This document shows, one piece after another, positions 38,220 to 50,341 of a stretch of 64,000 nt of DNA. Position 1 is the first letter of the stretch, and the number at the start of each line of letters is the position of its first letter. This DNA comes from Lama guanicoe (lineage: Eukaryota). Both the position numbers and the translations under genes were made by a program. The notes below the pieces were generated by a model. That model was not told where the DNA came from. It searched no databases and saw only the letters and a program-made list of their open reading frames with translations. Location of the stretch: contig MU054187.1 of NCBI GenBank assembly GCA_013239625.1, positions 13,734,974 to 13,798,973 on the forward strand. The letters are read 5' to 3'.

Positions 38220-38794
38220 TTTTTTTTTTTTAACTATAGTTGATTTATAATATTGTGTTAGTTTCAGGTGTACAGCTTCAGATTATTTTCCATGATAGGT
38301 TTTTACAAGATACTGAACATAGTTCCCTGTATTATAGAGTAAATCCTTGTTATTTATCTGTTTTATATATAGTTGTGTATAGATGTTCATCCCATACTTC
38401 TAATTTATCCCTCCTCCTCCCCTTTCCCGTTTGGTAACCATAAGTTTATTTTCTATGTCTATGAATTTGTTTCTGTTTTATAATAAGTTGATTTGTAGTT
38501 TTTAGATTCGACATATATGTAATATCATGTGATATTTGTCTTCCTCTGTCTGACTTACTACACTTAGTATGATCATCTCTAGGTCCATCCATGTTGCTGC
38601 AAATGGCATTACTTCATTCTTTTTTATGGCCGAGTAATATTCCATTGTATATACGCACCGTATCTTCTTTATGTATTTATCTGTTGATGGACAATTTGCT
38701 TACATGTCTTGTTTGTTGTGAATAGTGCTGTTATGAATGTTGGGGTGCATGTATCTTTTCAACTTAAAAGTCTTCATTCTTTCTAGATACAGGC
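38220..38794 (-). mobile_element. 5'-truncated cetartiodactyl-type L1 with TSD
   Basis: Poly(T) then TATAGTTGATTTATAATATTGTGTTAGTTTCAGGTGTACAG...ATCTCTAGGTCCATCCATGTTGCTGCAAATGGC...GGGGTGCATGTATCTTTTC. TSD CCAGGTTTTGGCTCT (38205-38219) / CCAGGTTTTTGGCGCT (38795-38810). Confidence 0.92.
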
Positions 38795-39779
38795 CCAGGT
38801 TTTTGGCGCTAATGTGATTTATACAAATTAATTCCAAGTAGCCAATGACATAGTGGTGGAATAATTAAGGGTCTGTTATAAAAATGCCAGCTAATCAATC
38901 AAGAGGAGCCCTGGTTCATTGTCTCTTTTTGTGTTTCCATTCTGCTAGTCTAGATCAGTCAGATGTGCTGGTTTCTGCTTCATGTTGGAGGCAAAGTGGG
39001 GCCTAGGAGCTGAGCCTGCCAGTCAAAGATGAGAGTCCTCTGAGTGTCTCTAGGGTTGGATGAAGGAATCACTCGAGTCTGATTCAAGCCCCAAAGCCCT
39101 GTCTTCTTGAAATGAAACCCTGCCTGGGTCTCCCTCTTCCATCTGAAACATACATCAGTGAACGCACATCTTTGTTTTGGAAATTGGAAATAAGGGTTTT
39201 GGGTTTTTTTTGTTTTTTAAAATACTGTTTGGACACCAGGGGAGAAGTTATCATCTAAGAAAGGCTGGAGGATTACAACAAGGTTGGATCCTTTGATTAC
39301 CTGTTTGTCTGGCACTGGGTGGAGCTTTACGATGAAGTTTGATTATGCAGAGAGAGGAAAGGTTTAGAAAAGTTGGGAAAACAAAGTGATATATACAGAA
39401 ATGATATCTACAGAACTGATCCAAAATAAGTTACACAGGTTGCAGGTAGACAGTGACATGAGGACATTTCCTAGCTGAGAATCCTGGAGGAAAGGAGGGG
39501 ACACAGACCAATCTGCAGAACTCACAGATGTTCCCAGAGCGGACCCTGTTGGTCCCAGTCGTCTGCCTTCCCCCACTTCTAAATTCTCCATCTAGTGGTT
39601 TTCCCAGACTCTGAATTCCCCCACACTCTTCAAATAAATAAATAAATAAACAACCAATTAAAAATAGTGATTCTTGGCAAGTGCTGTCAACAGCCTTTTT
39701 TTTTTTTCCAGAAAACACACACCATAATATGATCTAAGCCCCTCAGGCTCCTTAGCGAGGGGTATGAATATGTGGGAGC

Positions 39780-39990
39780 CCGGCTTGGGGGCTCACGGGC
39801 GAGAACATCTGCGGTGACCCCGGGAGACCGTCACCCGCGGCCGCGCCGCAGCCTCCCACGCCGTGGTCCCCCCGCGCACGGCCGACTCTCCGGCAGCCCC
39901 CGTGGTGCTGCCTGTGTGTGACAGGGAAGCTAAAAATACCTGCCAAGATGGCTTGGAGACCGACGTTCTCTCTCCAGCCTCGCGAGCTGC
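39780..39990. promoter_or_regulatory. Small orphan CpG-rich patch (CpG-island-like)
   Basis: About 19 CpGs counted by eye in 39781-39902, including GCGGCCGC (39837-39844), in an otherwise CpG-poor window. YY1-like CAAGATGGC at ~39944-39952. Confidence 0.55.
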
Positions 39991-40141
39991 ACAACGTGTG
40001 TAAGAAAATGATCCCAAAGCTCTAACATCCCAAATGATTCAAGTTTCTGTAGGACCTAGCAACAGAGGAGTCGGTCAGAACCATTCAGTTTATATGATAT
40101 ATGAAGGGATTTACATATTCATAGGATTTAATACTTCAGAG

Positions 40142-40420
40142 CTGTGCTGTCCAATGTGGTAACGACTGAACACTTTAAATACAGCTGGTGTGAATTGAAG
40201 AGGTGCTACAAGAGTGATGGATTTCAAAGACTTAGTCCAAAAAAAAAAAAAATGTGACCTATCTCATTAAAAAACAAGTTTGTATTGATTGCATATTGAA
40301 ATAATATTTCAATATATTGTGTTAAATGTGTTATTAAAATTAACATCACTTGCTTGCATGAACTTCTTTAAATGTGGCATAGAAACTTTTATTTACATGT
40401 ATTTCTATTGGACAGCGCTG
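40142..40420 (-). mobile_element. MER33 hAT-Charlie MITE
   Basis: TIRs CTGTGCTGTCCAAT ... ATTGGACAGCGCTG; flanks CTTCAGAG / CTTTAGAA (degenerate 8-bp TSD). Confidence 0.85.
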
Positions 40421-40764
40421 CTTTAGAAACTAAAGTTTCCTGGTTATTCTACTGGAAAACAGTTTAATACAACAATGAAAGGAAGATAGAGTAGCTGCCT
40501 CAGGTGGACCACAGAGAGCTGACAGTGCCCCTCCAGCAGAGACTGGGAAGGCATGTCTGGAAAGGAACAGGCAGGCTTATTGTCTGTGCCGATTCTATCC
40601 TGAGTCCCTCTTCTGCAACATCAACAATATCAATTAGTGCTACCTGGAAGGAGTTAGGATCTTAAACTTTCTGGAAAGAAAGGGATTCAAATGAACTACC
40701 CTGTGCAGTAGAGACAGGCATTCCAGTGCCCTCTTGAATGACTGTGATAAATCCCAGTGCCCCC

Positions 40765-41165
40765 TTTTTTTTCAATTGAAGTATAGTTGGTTTACAGTGT
40801 TGTGTTGACTTCTGGCGTATAGTATAGTGATTCAGTTATGCATGTATATATATTCCTTTTCATTCCTTTTCATATTACTTTTCATTTTATGTTATTACAA
40901 GATATTGAATATAGTTCCCTGTGCTATGCAGTAGGACCTCGTTATTTATCTGCTTTATATATAGTAGTGTGTATCTGCAAATCGCAAGCTCCTAATTTAT
41001 CCCTCCACCCTTCCCTTTCCCATTGGTAGCCATAAGTTTGTTTTCTATGTCTGTGAGTCTGATTCTGCTTTGTAAATAAGTTCATCTGTGTCATTTTCTA
41101 AGATTCCACATATGAGTGATATCATACGGTATTTTCCTTTCTGGCTTACTTCACTTAGGATGACA
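40765..41165 (-). mobile_element. 5'-truncated cetartiodactyl-type L1
   Basis: TTTTTCAATTGAAGTATAGTTGGTTTACAGTG...AATATAGTTCCCTGTGCTATGCAGTAGGACC...GATTCCACATATGAGTGATATC. Imperfect TSD CCAGTGCCCCCTTT / CCAGTGTCCCTTT. Confidence 0.9.
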
Positions 41166-41318
41166 CCACATCAACCAGTGTCCCTTTCTAACCAAAACGT
41201 TTCTTTTAGAAGCAATTGTGGTCCAAGGTTGTCGGACCCTCCAATGTTACATCTCAGATATATTAATTCAGTGCATTATGTATTAAGTCCTTAAATGTGG
41301 AAATGAATATCTGGACTT

Positions 41319-41504
41319 TTTCATTTTAATTGTGGTAAAATACACATGACATAAAATTTCCAGTCTTACTCATTTTAAGTGTGTATATTGCAGTAGTATT
41401 AAGTATACTCATACACAACCAATTTTCAGAACTCTTTTTATCTTGCAGAACTGAAACTCTCTACCCGTTAAACAGCAGCTCCCTGTTCCTCCCTGTTCCC
41501 ATGG
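41319..41504 (-). mobile_element. L1MB-like 3' end with 11-bp TSD
   Basis: TTTTAATTGTGGTAAAATACACATGACATAAAATTT...CAGAACTCTTTTTATCTTGCAGAACTGAAACTCT. TATCTGGACTT at 41308-41318 and 41505-41515. Confidence 0.85.
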
Positions 41505-41805
41505 TATCTGGACTTGTGTCTGTCTGAGACTTTTGTTTTTCTGAGAAATCTAACCATCTCATATGTGAATGTTCTAGAATAAGAAATACTAATACATTAT
41601 GATGAATATAAGTGATTCTGTACATATGGGTCTCCCTTTTTTATTGATACAAGACAGAAGACTGCAAATTTATGCAAATGTGTTTTTCAAAAGAATCTCA
41701 GTGAAATTACATCTCTTAACCCTTTCTGATCTGAATTTTTTATATGATCCAAATGATTTAAATCCAGCCTCTCAGTAATGACCTCTTGCACATACCAAGG
41801 AGCTT

Positions 41806-41819
41806 CTGCCACCTGCTGG
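41806..41819 (-). promoter_or_regulatory. Strong CTCF core motif
   Basis: Minus strand CCAGCAGGTGGCAG, a full match to the CCASYAGRKGGCRS consensus, in non-repetitive sequence. Confidence 0.55.
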
Positions 41820-44389
41820 TGTACCTGGAAGACTTGGCAGAGATCCCCAACATGATCACATCACCCAGTCCACATCCCAGCTTCCAGATCCTTCTATTCT
41901 AAAACCTAGAAAGATGAAATGATCATCAGTTCAGCTAGTGACTCATTCTGTTTTTTCCCAGAGAGGGTTTTTTTTTTTGTCTTGTTATACCATAAGAACA
42001 ACATTACTTGACTCAAATATTTTCCTTCACTTACTTTAGAGGTTTAAAAAAAAATAGAAATAATCCAGTATCAACACCACAGTTTTAATAAAATCTAGAC
42101 TAAAATCTTCAATTAAGTACAAAATCAAATAAAAACCTATTGAAATCTGTAGCTTAATCTAATCATCATTTGGTATTCACTTTACAGGGTTATTTGAGAC
42201 ACTGGTTAAATGTTGGTGGCTGTGTTCACACATCCGATGAGTGTGCATTGTAAACCCAAACATATAAACAGGGACTGTTTCCCTCTTTGTTGTTATTTAA
42301 TCTGCTACATTTGACCTTTAGACAAATGATTTATAGTCAGGTTTGCCTTCTACGGCATTAACTTGTATTATCCATAATCTAGTCTGTCGTTTCTTTCTCT
42401 TTTTTTTTATTTCTTTCTTTCCTATTTAATGAATATCCACAATATGCCAAGCCCTATGTGAAGTGTTATGAATAAATTGATAAGATCTCATTCTAATCTT
42501 TGTGGAATGATGTGCAAGGAAAAAAACATGCTTTAGAGTTTTCTTAGAGTTTTTTCTTGTTCTTCAAAATAGGAATAAAAATGTTTGCCTGGTTTCAACA
42601 GGATGTAAACATTTCTTAAATGCTTCATAAATGATTTCAGAAGGAGGAAAACCCACCACCTCTGTGTCTGGTCTTATGAATAATCTAGACAGTCTTCTCA
42701 TTGTCATCCAAGAATATAGAGACCAGTGGGAGCATTTCTTGACCCTCCAGTATTAGGAGACATTCAGATACGTTACTCACATAACCTGCCATCACACACA
42801 TCAGCTGATATAATGTGACTGGAATCATGGTCTGCTGGAAAGTCTAAGAGTAAATTTTACTGTGATGACAAGTGATGAACAAACATCCTCCTACACAGCC
42901 AAAGTGAAATGGGGATGAAAGTCATTTTCTCTTGTGTCAAATCTCCAAAAATGATTAATTTATTAATCAGAATACTTTAGGAAATTTTAAAAAAATACCT
43001 AGGAATCTAATGAAGAGGGACATGAATAATCCAGATGATTAAGTCCTACTGTGCAATTTTCTTTATAAGTTGGTCTACGGTGAATGCCAGGAAGACTCTG
43101 TAAGGATCTGATAAGAGAACCCTAATGTTTAATTGTTCTGTTCTGTATCAGAATGTTAACTTGCCTGTAATTTGCATGAGGCAGAATTTGATCTGAAGGG
43201 GGTGCATCCTGGACCCCTGTCTATCGAAGTGCTCAGTGTGTCTTCCTTGGAGTCAGAGGAACCTATAGGAGAGTCCAGTGGCTCAGTTCTCAGACCCCAG
43301 GATCCCAGCACTTCTGTACCTGGGATCCATTCCAACTCTTCTTGAACCCATCGTGTGGGCTTGTGTGAAACACTGAATCTCCCTGAGCTAGAATTTCCTG
43401 TCTATAAAACAAGGGGGGGTGGGCTCAACATCCTGATTGTACAAAAAATCCGAATAATGCAAGAAGAAGGAAACTGGAGGTTTGTAAATGTTATTCTGGG
43501 TCTGTCCTCATTGGCTGGCTTGTTAAGACGATGCTGTCTCATTGCAGCATTTCTGTTGGGAAAGGTTCTCTTGCAGTCAGCCGGAGCTGATCGATGTTGA
43601 GGTTAACTTTCTCTGACTGTATTGATCGAGTGAAACAGTTATCCCCATAGCTGGAGGGAAAAAATAAATTCCTTCTACTGACGTAGATCATAGAGATGCC
43701 CATCACAGTTCAGGGGCTTTTCTCATCATTTTCCCTCTGAAGTTGACATGGCTCTAGGAGAACACATGCTCACCTACAGCTCTGAGGAAGTGGGCACCGA
43801 GGAAGGGGTGGGGGAGAGAACAGAGGCATCATTTACTGAAATGGGGAGGGTGGAGACGGAAGAGGCAGGAAAGTGAAGGCTGTGATGTGCGGTTACTGGT
43901 TTGTTCTAATAGAGGACTTTAGGACCCAAGCCATCTGGACATGCTTCAGGGGACAATGAAAAACAAACAAAAAAAAGGTTTTATAAATGGAAGGAAGGCT
44001 GTTAGGTTTTTAGGGGAAAGAGACGAGTCATGACCTTGTGATCGAGTGGCAAGGAAGGAGGCTTCCAGTGTTCAGGAAGCTTGGACCAGACGACAAAGAT
44101 TACCCACTCATTTGTAAAATGTCACAACGTGGGCACTCCGTTTCATGGTTGGTTTGGAAGGGGAAAAAAAAAAGGAAAATGGCTCTTGGTAACGATGATC
44201 TCTTGTAAGGCTAGTGATATAGTTTAATATTTATTAATTAATAATTGATAACTAATATGGTTTCTTCTAGGGCTAGCAGAATGAATTTACACAACTTTTC
44301 CTGGTGTTTTAATGTTTCTACGCTAGAAGGGATGCACATTATCAGTTGGATACGTTTAAATCTGTTTTTCTAACGAATAATAGTAAATC

Positions 44390-44555
44390 TCAGAGCTAAC
44401 ATTTATCTTCCTGGCGGTATTCTAAATGCATTACCTGTAACTGATTCTCACAGTAGCTACTGGAGGAAAGTCTGTTACTCTCCGTTTTATAGATGAGAAG
44501 TCACGGAGAAGTCAGGAACCCAAAGTCTCACCTAGGGAGGGTCACACTCAGGCTG
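44390..44555 (-). mobile_element. MIR fragment
   Basis: AGCTAACATTTAT...TTCTCACAG...CCGTTTTATAGATGAGAA. Confidence 0.65.
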
Positions 44556-45309
44556 GCCCCAGAGATGACACTCCCATTTGCATACTGTGTCCTCTCCAGC
44601 CACTGCTCCCTCGGTGCCCTCTTGCTCACCCCTTCTTTTCACAGATGGCCAGATGCTTCAGGGCTTTATTCATCACCACCTAAGCCTCTGTTCATTAGAT
44701 AGAGTGGTTAAGCTGGTCAGGAGCTTATCCTATAAATCACTTAGTAGATACGGAACTGAAAACCGTGCCTCCTCGTTTTTCTATCCACTCCACTTTAATA
44801 TATAAATCAATCTGGTTTATTTGATGTTCTTGTTAGTAAAATATTTAAACATGATCTGTTTTCCAAATACATACTAATTTCCTAAATATCTTTATTCTGC
44901 CTTATGCAAACTTTGCTTTCTGTACCGATCTCCCATTCAGAGCATATGGAGCTGAATGGTCTGAGGGAAAACTTCTCGGATCATCTGTATGCTCAGAAAA
45001 CCTCGGAGAACTGCCTAAAAGAAGGAAGCACCCATCCAGGGCGTTTTGCTTGACTGGGCTGCCACTCTGCCACGGCACTTCATCCCTCTGTGCTTGTGGA
45101 AGTGCTGTCTTCTGCAGAAAAAAAAAAAAAAAAAAAAAAAATCACGTGATGGTTCTGTACTGCATTCACAATCTCTCTCCAAATGGTTTTATAAGCCGGA
45201 GATGGCTTTTCACAAATTATTTTTACTCAGGTGTTTTTTAACTAAAGAGGGAATTGAAAATCTACTGGTTACAGAATAAAGGTCTCAAAATTTAAACTTG
45301 TCCCATATG

Positions 45310-45882
45310 ATCTTGTTCACTAGAGTCCCCAGGACTCCCACCTCCTGATGTTCATGCCGTTGTGTCTCATTCTTCCCTGGAGTATGGGTGGGGCCTGTGA
45401 CTTGCTTCTAACCAATAGAACCGGGGTGAAAGAACTATGTGATAACATGTATGTGATTACGTAACATTGCAGCGCCTATCTTGTTGGAGTCTCTCTCTCT
45501 CTCTCCCCTTGCTGCTGACTTTGAAGAACTGAGCTGCCCGTGTTGGGAGCCCACATTTCAAGGGGCTGAGGGCAGCCTCCTGGAGCCAAGGGAGCTTCCA
45601 GCCAACAGCTGTAAATCACCGAAGCTCCCAGTATCACAGCCATAAGGAACTGAATTCTGCCAACAAAATCAGATACTTTTCCCAGCCAAGTCTAAGATGA
45701 GACCTTAGCACTGGCTGACACCTTTATTGTAGCCTTGTGAGATCCTAGCAGAGGACCTGGTCGGACTGTATCAGGACTCCTGACCCACAGAAACTGGGAG
45801 ATTTCTAACAAACAGCTAAGTGTTTGTTGTTTTGAGTCACTAAGCTTGTAGTAATTTCTTACATAGAAATAGGGAGCTAACA
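45310..45882 (+). mobile_element. MLT1E/F-like solo LTR
   Basis: CCCACCTCCTGATGTTCATGCC...GCCTGTGACTTGCTTCTAACCAATAGAA...AAGGAACTGAATTCTGCCAACAA...CTCCTGACCCACAGAAACTG...GCTAACA. Confidence 0.85.
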
Positions 45883-46854
45883 CAAGCACCTACAGTGTTC
45901 TAGACACGGTCTTAGATGTTGGCAATGGAGCAGTGGGCAAAACAGTCTTCCCCGAGGAGCTTGGGTTCAAATAAATCCAGAACGCACACACGTATATATA
46001 TTAGAAGCTTTAATTCATCTAAATTATAGTTTCAAAATAAAAAGCTTGATAGTCTCAGCTAAATAAGAAAGAAAATCCAAATTTGCTTAAAATCCTCATT
46101 CCAACATGGTAGACATTTTACATTTGAAGGTTTTGTTTTTGGTTCAGAGGAGAAAAAAAGATTATTCTGAACAAATGCTAGCATTGAATTACCAGGTCAT
46201 GCTCTTCAAGGAAAGACCATAAGCTGGGCTTTGTCAGCTGTGGAGAGACGAGTTCTCTGCAGCTGCAGCGTCAGAATCAGAGATGGGCAGTGCCTGATAA
46301 TTTGGTCACACAGCACATGTACCCACTTCAAAAGCAATATACTTAAAGGCTAAATACAAAACTGCCAAAAGTCATCAAAGTAAAAAAGCAATTTCAAAAT
46401 TAGCCAAACGATTCTATTTTGATTGAAAGACGACTGTCTAAAGGAAAACCTGGAATCATTCTGCATCTTCAGAAGACTGAAGTCACATTTATTAACCTGC
46501 ACAAATGTTAGTTCTGGTGTCTGGGCTGAAGCGCTAAGGAGGGCAGGGTCTTGGCTTGAATCTCTATACAAGCACCCTGGCTTTATATTGCAGTCCCGTC
46601 CTGCCGGGCACACAGTGGGTCATGTGTCTGGTGGTTCTGTGCTACTAGTCTCTTGGGAACCAGGAGCCTGTGCTTTATTTAGCAGACCACAAAGCTAATG
46701 CCACATTCTATGGAACAGACTTAAGAACCTTTTAAAATTAATAAGTAACCCATCATATTCAGAACATCCATGGGCAGCTTATACATGTACTGCACTGCAT
46801 TAAATGGCTAACATTTGTATTGTGTGTGCAGATGGTGTCTGAATTCTTGTTCTT

Positions 46855-47090
46855 AGCAACACATATTGAGCATCAGCTCTGTCTGGACATTGTACTGAGT
46901 ATTTTGAAATGTATTTCATTTTGTTTTCTTAAAAGGATCATTATCCCCATTGTATGGATGAAGAAACTGAACCTCAGAGAACCCAAGGGACATACCCAAA
47001 TTCCAACAAAGGAGACGTAGTGGGGTGGGATCAAGATTCTAATCCAGGCAGTCTGATTGCAGAGCTGTGCCCTCAACCACCATGTGTGCT
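46855..47090 (-). mobile_element. MIR SINE
   Basis: ATTGAGCATC...TTATCCCCATTGTATGGATGAAGAAACTGAACCTCAGAGA...ATCCAGGCAGTCTGATTGCAGAGC. Confidence 0.8.
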
Positions 47091-47772
47091 GCCTCCCATT
47101 AACCTGATAATCACGAGGCCAGAAATCATGTTCTTTTGTTTGTTCCTTAGAACAACCTTGTGAAAGACACCTGGGGATGATAGGATGAGCATTGAGTGAC
47201 TCTCTCAAACAACCAATTTGAGGAGGAACTGAGATGGAGACATGCCTCTGATGGCACAGTCACACCTTACACAGCCGGGATGAACAGGGGCACTGAGGAC
47301 TATGGTCCTAAGTAGATGACCAGTGTATGCTATTTAGGAAGTATTTAAAAGACCACTTTACTTCCTGTAGCCCCACCATGAGTTTAATAATGCCTCATAT
47401 CCAAAATTACATGCTAAAATCCTTTACCTGGAAGCTTTGATCTCCTTGAAATTGTTCCTAGTCCTTTAACCTTATCAGTCATGTATACTTTAGTAAGAAT
47501 AAGTTTATCTCACTCTTCCATGAAAGCAGAGTTTTATACAAAAGAGAATACAAAAATATAAGGCTCCCAGGTGCTAAATCTAGAAAAAGTCACCAAAGAA
47601 TGAAGAAAAGGGGCAGGAGGGATGGAGCCTAGTGACAAACAGATATGAAAAACACTTTCCAGAGCTTTTAAATTTGGAGTTTTCTGTGCATATAGTTACA
47701 CTTTCTATCACAGTAGAAAGTTGTAGAGTAGAAACAGTGGAAAGTACCTGTATAGATTCGAAAAGCGAGGTA

Positions 47773-48348
47773 GAGTCAGTTCTGCTATACGCGTATTTTG
47801 AAAACACAGTTGATACATTAGAGAACAGTTTGAGCATAACAGGCATTTCTTGTTTTCTTATGCATGTTTTTGTCATGATGAACACTAGATGAATAAGGAA
47901 AAGTGCACTCAGCTACAATGAGCTGTGCAGAAATGCACCAATCACACATGTGTACGCACCTCAGGCATCTGCCAGCTGCCTCAGTTCCCTGCGGGTTATG
48001 AGCCACATCCATCCACATCTGGGGTTCCCCCTTTCCCCGGTTTCAGGTAACCCTCCTCCCAACACTTCACCATAACTCACAAGCTGCCGTCCTTCCAAAG
48101 TTCACTTTCACAAGCAAACTCCAGGCCATTTCAGGATAAAGTGTTCTATATGTTGTAGTATTTAGGTATTCCGGAACCATTTAACATGTGTAAAACTTTG
48201 CTACCATTTTTATCAGGTGACTTTTCTTTTTTTCAATGTTTCACTGCTGAAACTTTGGGCATCCATTTTTCTCATGTGCCCCGTGCTCTTTATTGCGCGA
48301 TTTTACACAGCGCGGTGATTTTTAGAAACGTTAGAGCAGAACTGACTG
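47773..48348. mobile_element. Non-autonomous TcMar-Tigger-type DNA transposon (exact subfamily not certain)
   Basis: TIRs GAGTCAGTTCTGCTATA (47773-) and TAGAGCAGAACTGACTG (-48348), preceded by TA; locally elevated CpG. Confidence 0.75.
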
Positions 48349-49049
48349 TCCTGTCCTGTATCATGTGGATCGTGTTTGTGCAGGAGGCCGACATTATTTG
48401 AAGCACTTCTTGTCACAGCAGTTTAGCAGGTTGGCAGGTTTCTCCAGGAAAGAAGCGCTAACCAGGCATCAAAACAATACTTCTTAGGAGAGTGCCCAGA
48501 GGACAGCTCCCACAGGACTAGGTGCATTGATCGTCTAGGTTGATATGTCAAAAGAACTCATGCTAATGACAATGTGTCTCTCTCCAGTGCCTCGGGGCGC
48601 AGCTTTCAGATAGTGAAATTCTCACCTCTGCTTCCACCTTTTTATTCTCAGATTTAGCTGAGATGGAGTTGGTGGGTTTCCCTTGGGGTCAACATTTGGG
48701 AATAGTCCTAACCCTGCTCCCTGCTGGTGAATAACATCCACATGAAAACCCCACCGTGAGGTTAAGACCTTGGCTGGTGAGCCTGCTGACTCCCTCCTCT
48801 TACCTTTGTAAAGCATCCTCTGAGTCTCCCTTCCTTTGCTTCAAAGCTTCGGAAGTAGATCTGTGCTTTTGGAGCTCTGTGCAGCTCCAGAATTCATTAG
48901 AGCTGCATGTGTGAGAGACTTACCTTTTAGGCACTAAATCAATGGTAATGTAACAGGAGAGTCAAAACCATCGTCAAGAAGTAAGCGGAAGGCAGTGACA
49001 CCAAGGACAAAAAAGGACGACATTTGGAAGCCTTAGTGCCATCCAGTGG

Positions 49050-49668
49050 TTCTGAAGTAGGGTAAAGCCAGATACGGTAAATCTCAGTAGTTTAAATTCA
49101 GGACTTCTGAAAAATAAATTGCAACTTGTACTCAAATGCCAAAGAGAAAATTCAGGTGTTAACCATGGGAAGAATCCCATTGACAGGAGGAGGAGACTCC
49201 TGGTGTTTGGTAACTCCTTATTTAGGGGCACTGATGTCACTTGAAGTTAATTCAAGCCCTACCTTAGTCTTTCGTAGGCAGGCTCTCTCCTTAACAGGCT
49301 TCCGCAAACTCCAGGCTTACAGTCTATCCTCTCAGCAATCCCAGTGGAAAACAAATGTATCTTTCCCAGAATTTCCAGAGTAATAACAACAATAATAATA
49401 GCGACTCCACATGGAGCCTCCCTGGTCGGGTGTGAACTGCATGCCAAACCCTGAGCGAGGCATGAAGCTGGTGTGACAAGAGAAATGTGATGCTCTGATG
49501 GGCCAGCCCTGACTCATGCTCAGTTTGGAGCCAGGAAAGGAATAAATTTCAAATTGCATCACAGGAATTGAGAGTAGAAGATAAGCAGTTCCTCAGAGGA
49601 AATCACAGCGCTGTCCCCAGAAGGGGGACGGGTTCTGGACACGCAAGAAGAGCAGGTGGCCTCTCTCA
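49050..49668 (-). mobile_element. MLT1K-like LTR
   Basis: AGGCAGGCTCTCTCC...CTCCAGGCTTAC...CAGCAATCCCAGTGGAAA...TGCTCTGATGGGCCAGCCCTGACTCATGC...CCAGAAGGGGGA. Confidence 0.65.
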
Positions 49669-49779
49669 GGGCCTCCTAAGCCAGCCTCTTGCTAGGACTG
49701 GGGCTGTATAGGTGACCAAGAGACAGAGCCTCTGGCCCCCTCAGTTTACAGTAGTTTGGGGACATTCGTTGAATAAATA

Positions 49780-49870
49780 CACAATTGAGGAAAGTGAAAC
49801 TTAGAGAGGTGAAGTCACTTTCTCGATGCCACACAGCAAGTTAGAGGCAGCACAGTGTCTAGAAACTCTG
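49780..49870 (-). mobile_element. MIR core fragment
   Basis: TGAGGAAAGTGAAACTTAGAGAGGTGAAGTCACTT...CACACAGCAAGTTAGAGGCAG. Confidence 0.7.
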
Positions 49871-49899
49871 GAATCATCTCCAATATCAAGGGGCCACAT

Positions 49900-50109
49900 A
49901 GCATTCTTTCTGTGTGCATGTCTGTGTTCAACTTTCCTTCTTTTTATAAGGGGACCCATCATAGTAAATGAGGACCCACCCTAATGGCTTCATTTCAACT
50001 CAGGTATTACCTGTAAAGACCCTGTTTCCAAATAAGGTCACAGTGTGAGGCACAGGGGGTTAGGGCTTCAACATATCTTTTTGAGGTGGACGTAATTCAA
50101 CTCGTAACA
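49900..50109 (-). mobile_element. MLT1B-like LTR (partial)
   Basis: CTTCTTTTTATAAGGG...CCCACCCTAATG...AAAGACCCTGTTTCCAAATAAGGTCACA...AATTCAACTCGTAACA. Confidence 0.85.
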
Positions 50110-50341
50110 GCACTGTAATTAAATTGTTCAGTTGTCAGACATTGGTATCAATACGCGAACAAATGTCCTTTGCCACATTAGAGTTCTAACAAATGAACAT
50201 TTCATTCCTTTTAGAAAGCAGATATTCTTAGGGAGTTGCTTTCCATATTATTCAGAATGGCCTGTGGGAGTTGTCAGTCGGTCCTGGTCCTCAGCCGTAT
50301 GCCGGTACTTACTTTGGGCAAGTACAACCTTAATTTTAGAG

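Noticed and set aside
47580..47892. Overlapping ORFs on both strands (101 and 86 aa)
   Set aside because: They cross the boundary of a Tigger-type MITE and show no transposase or other motifs.
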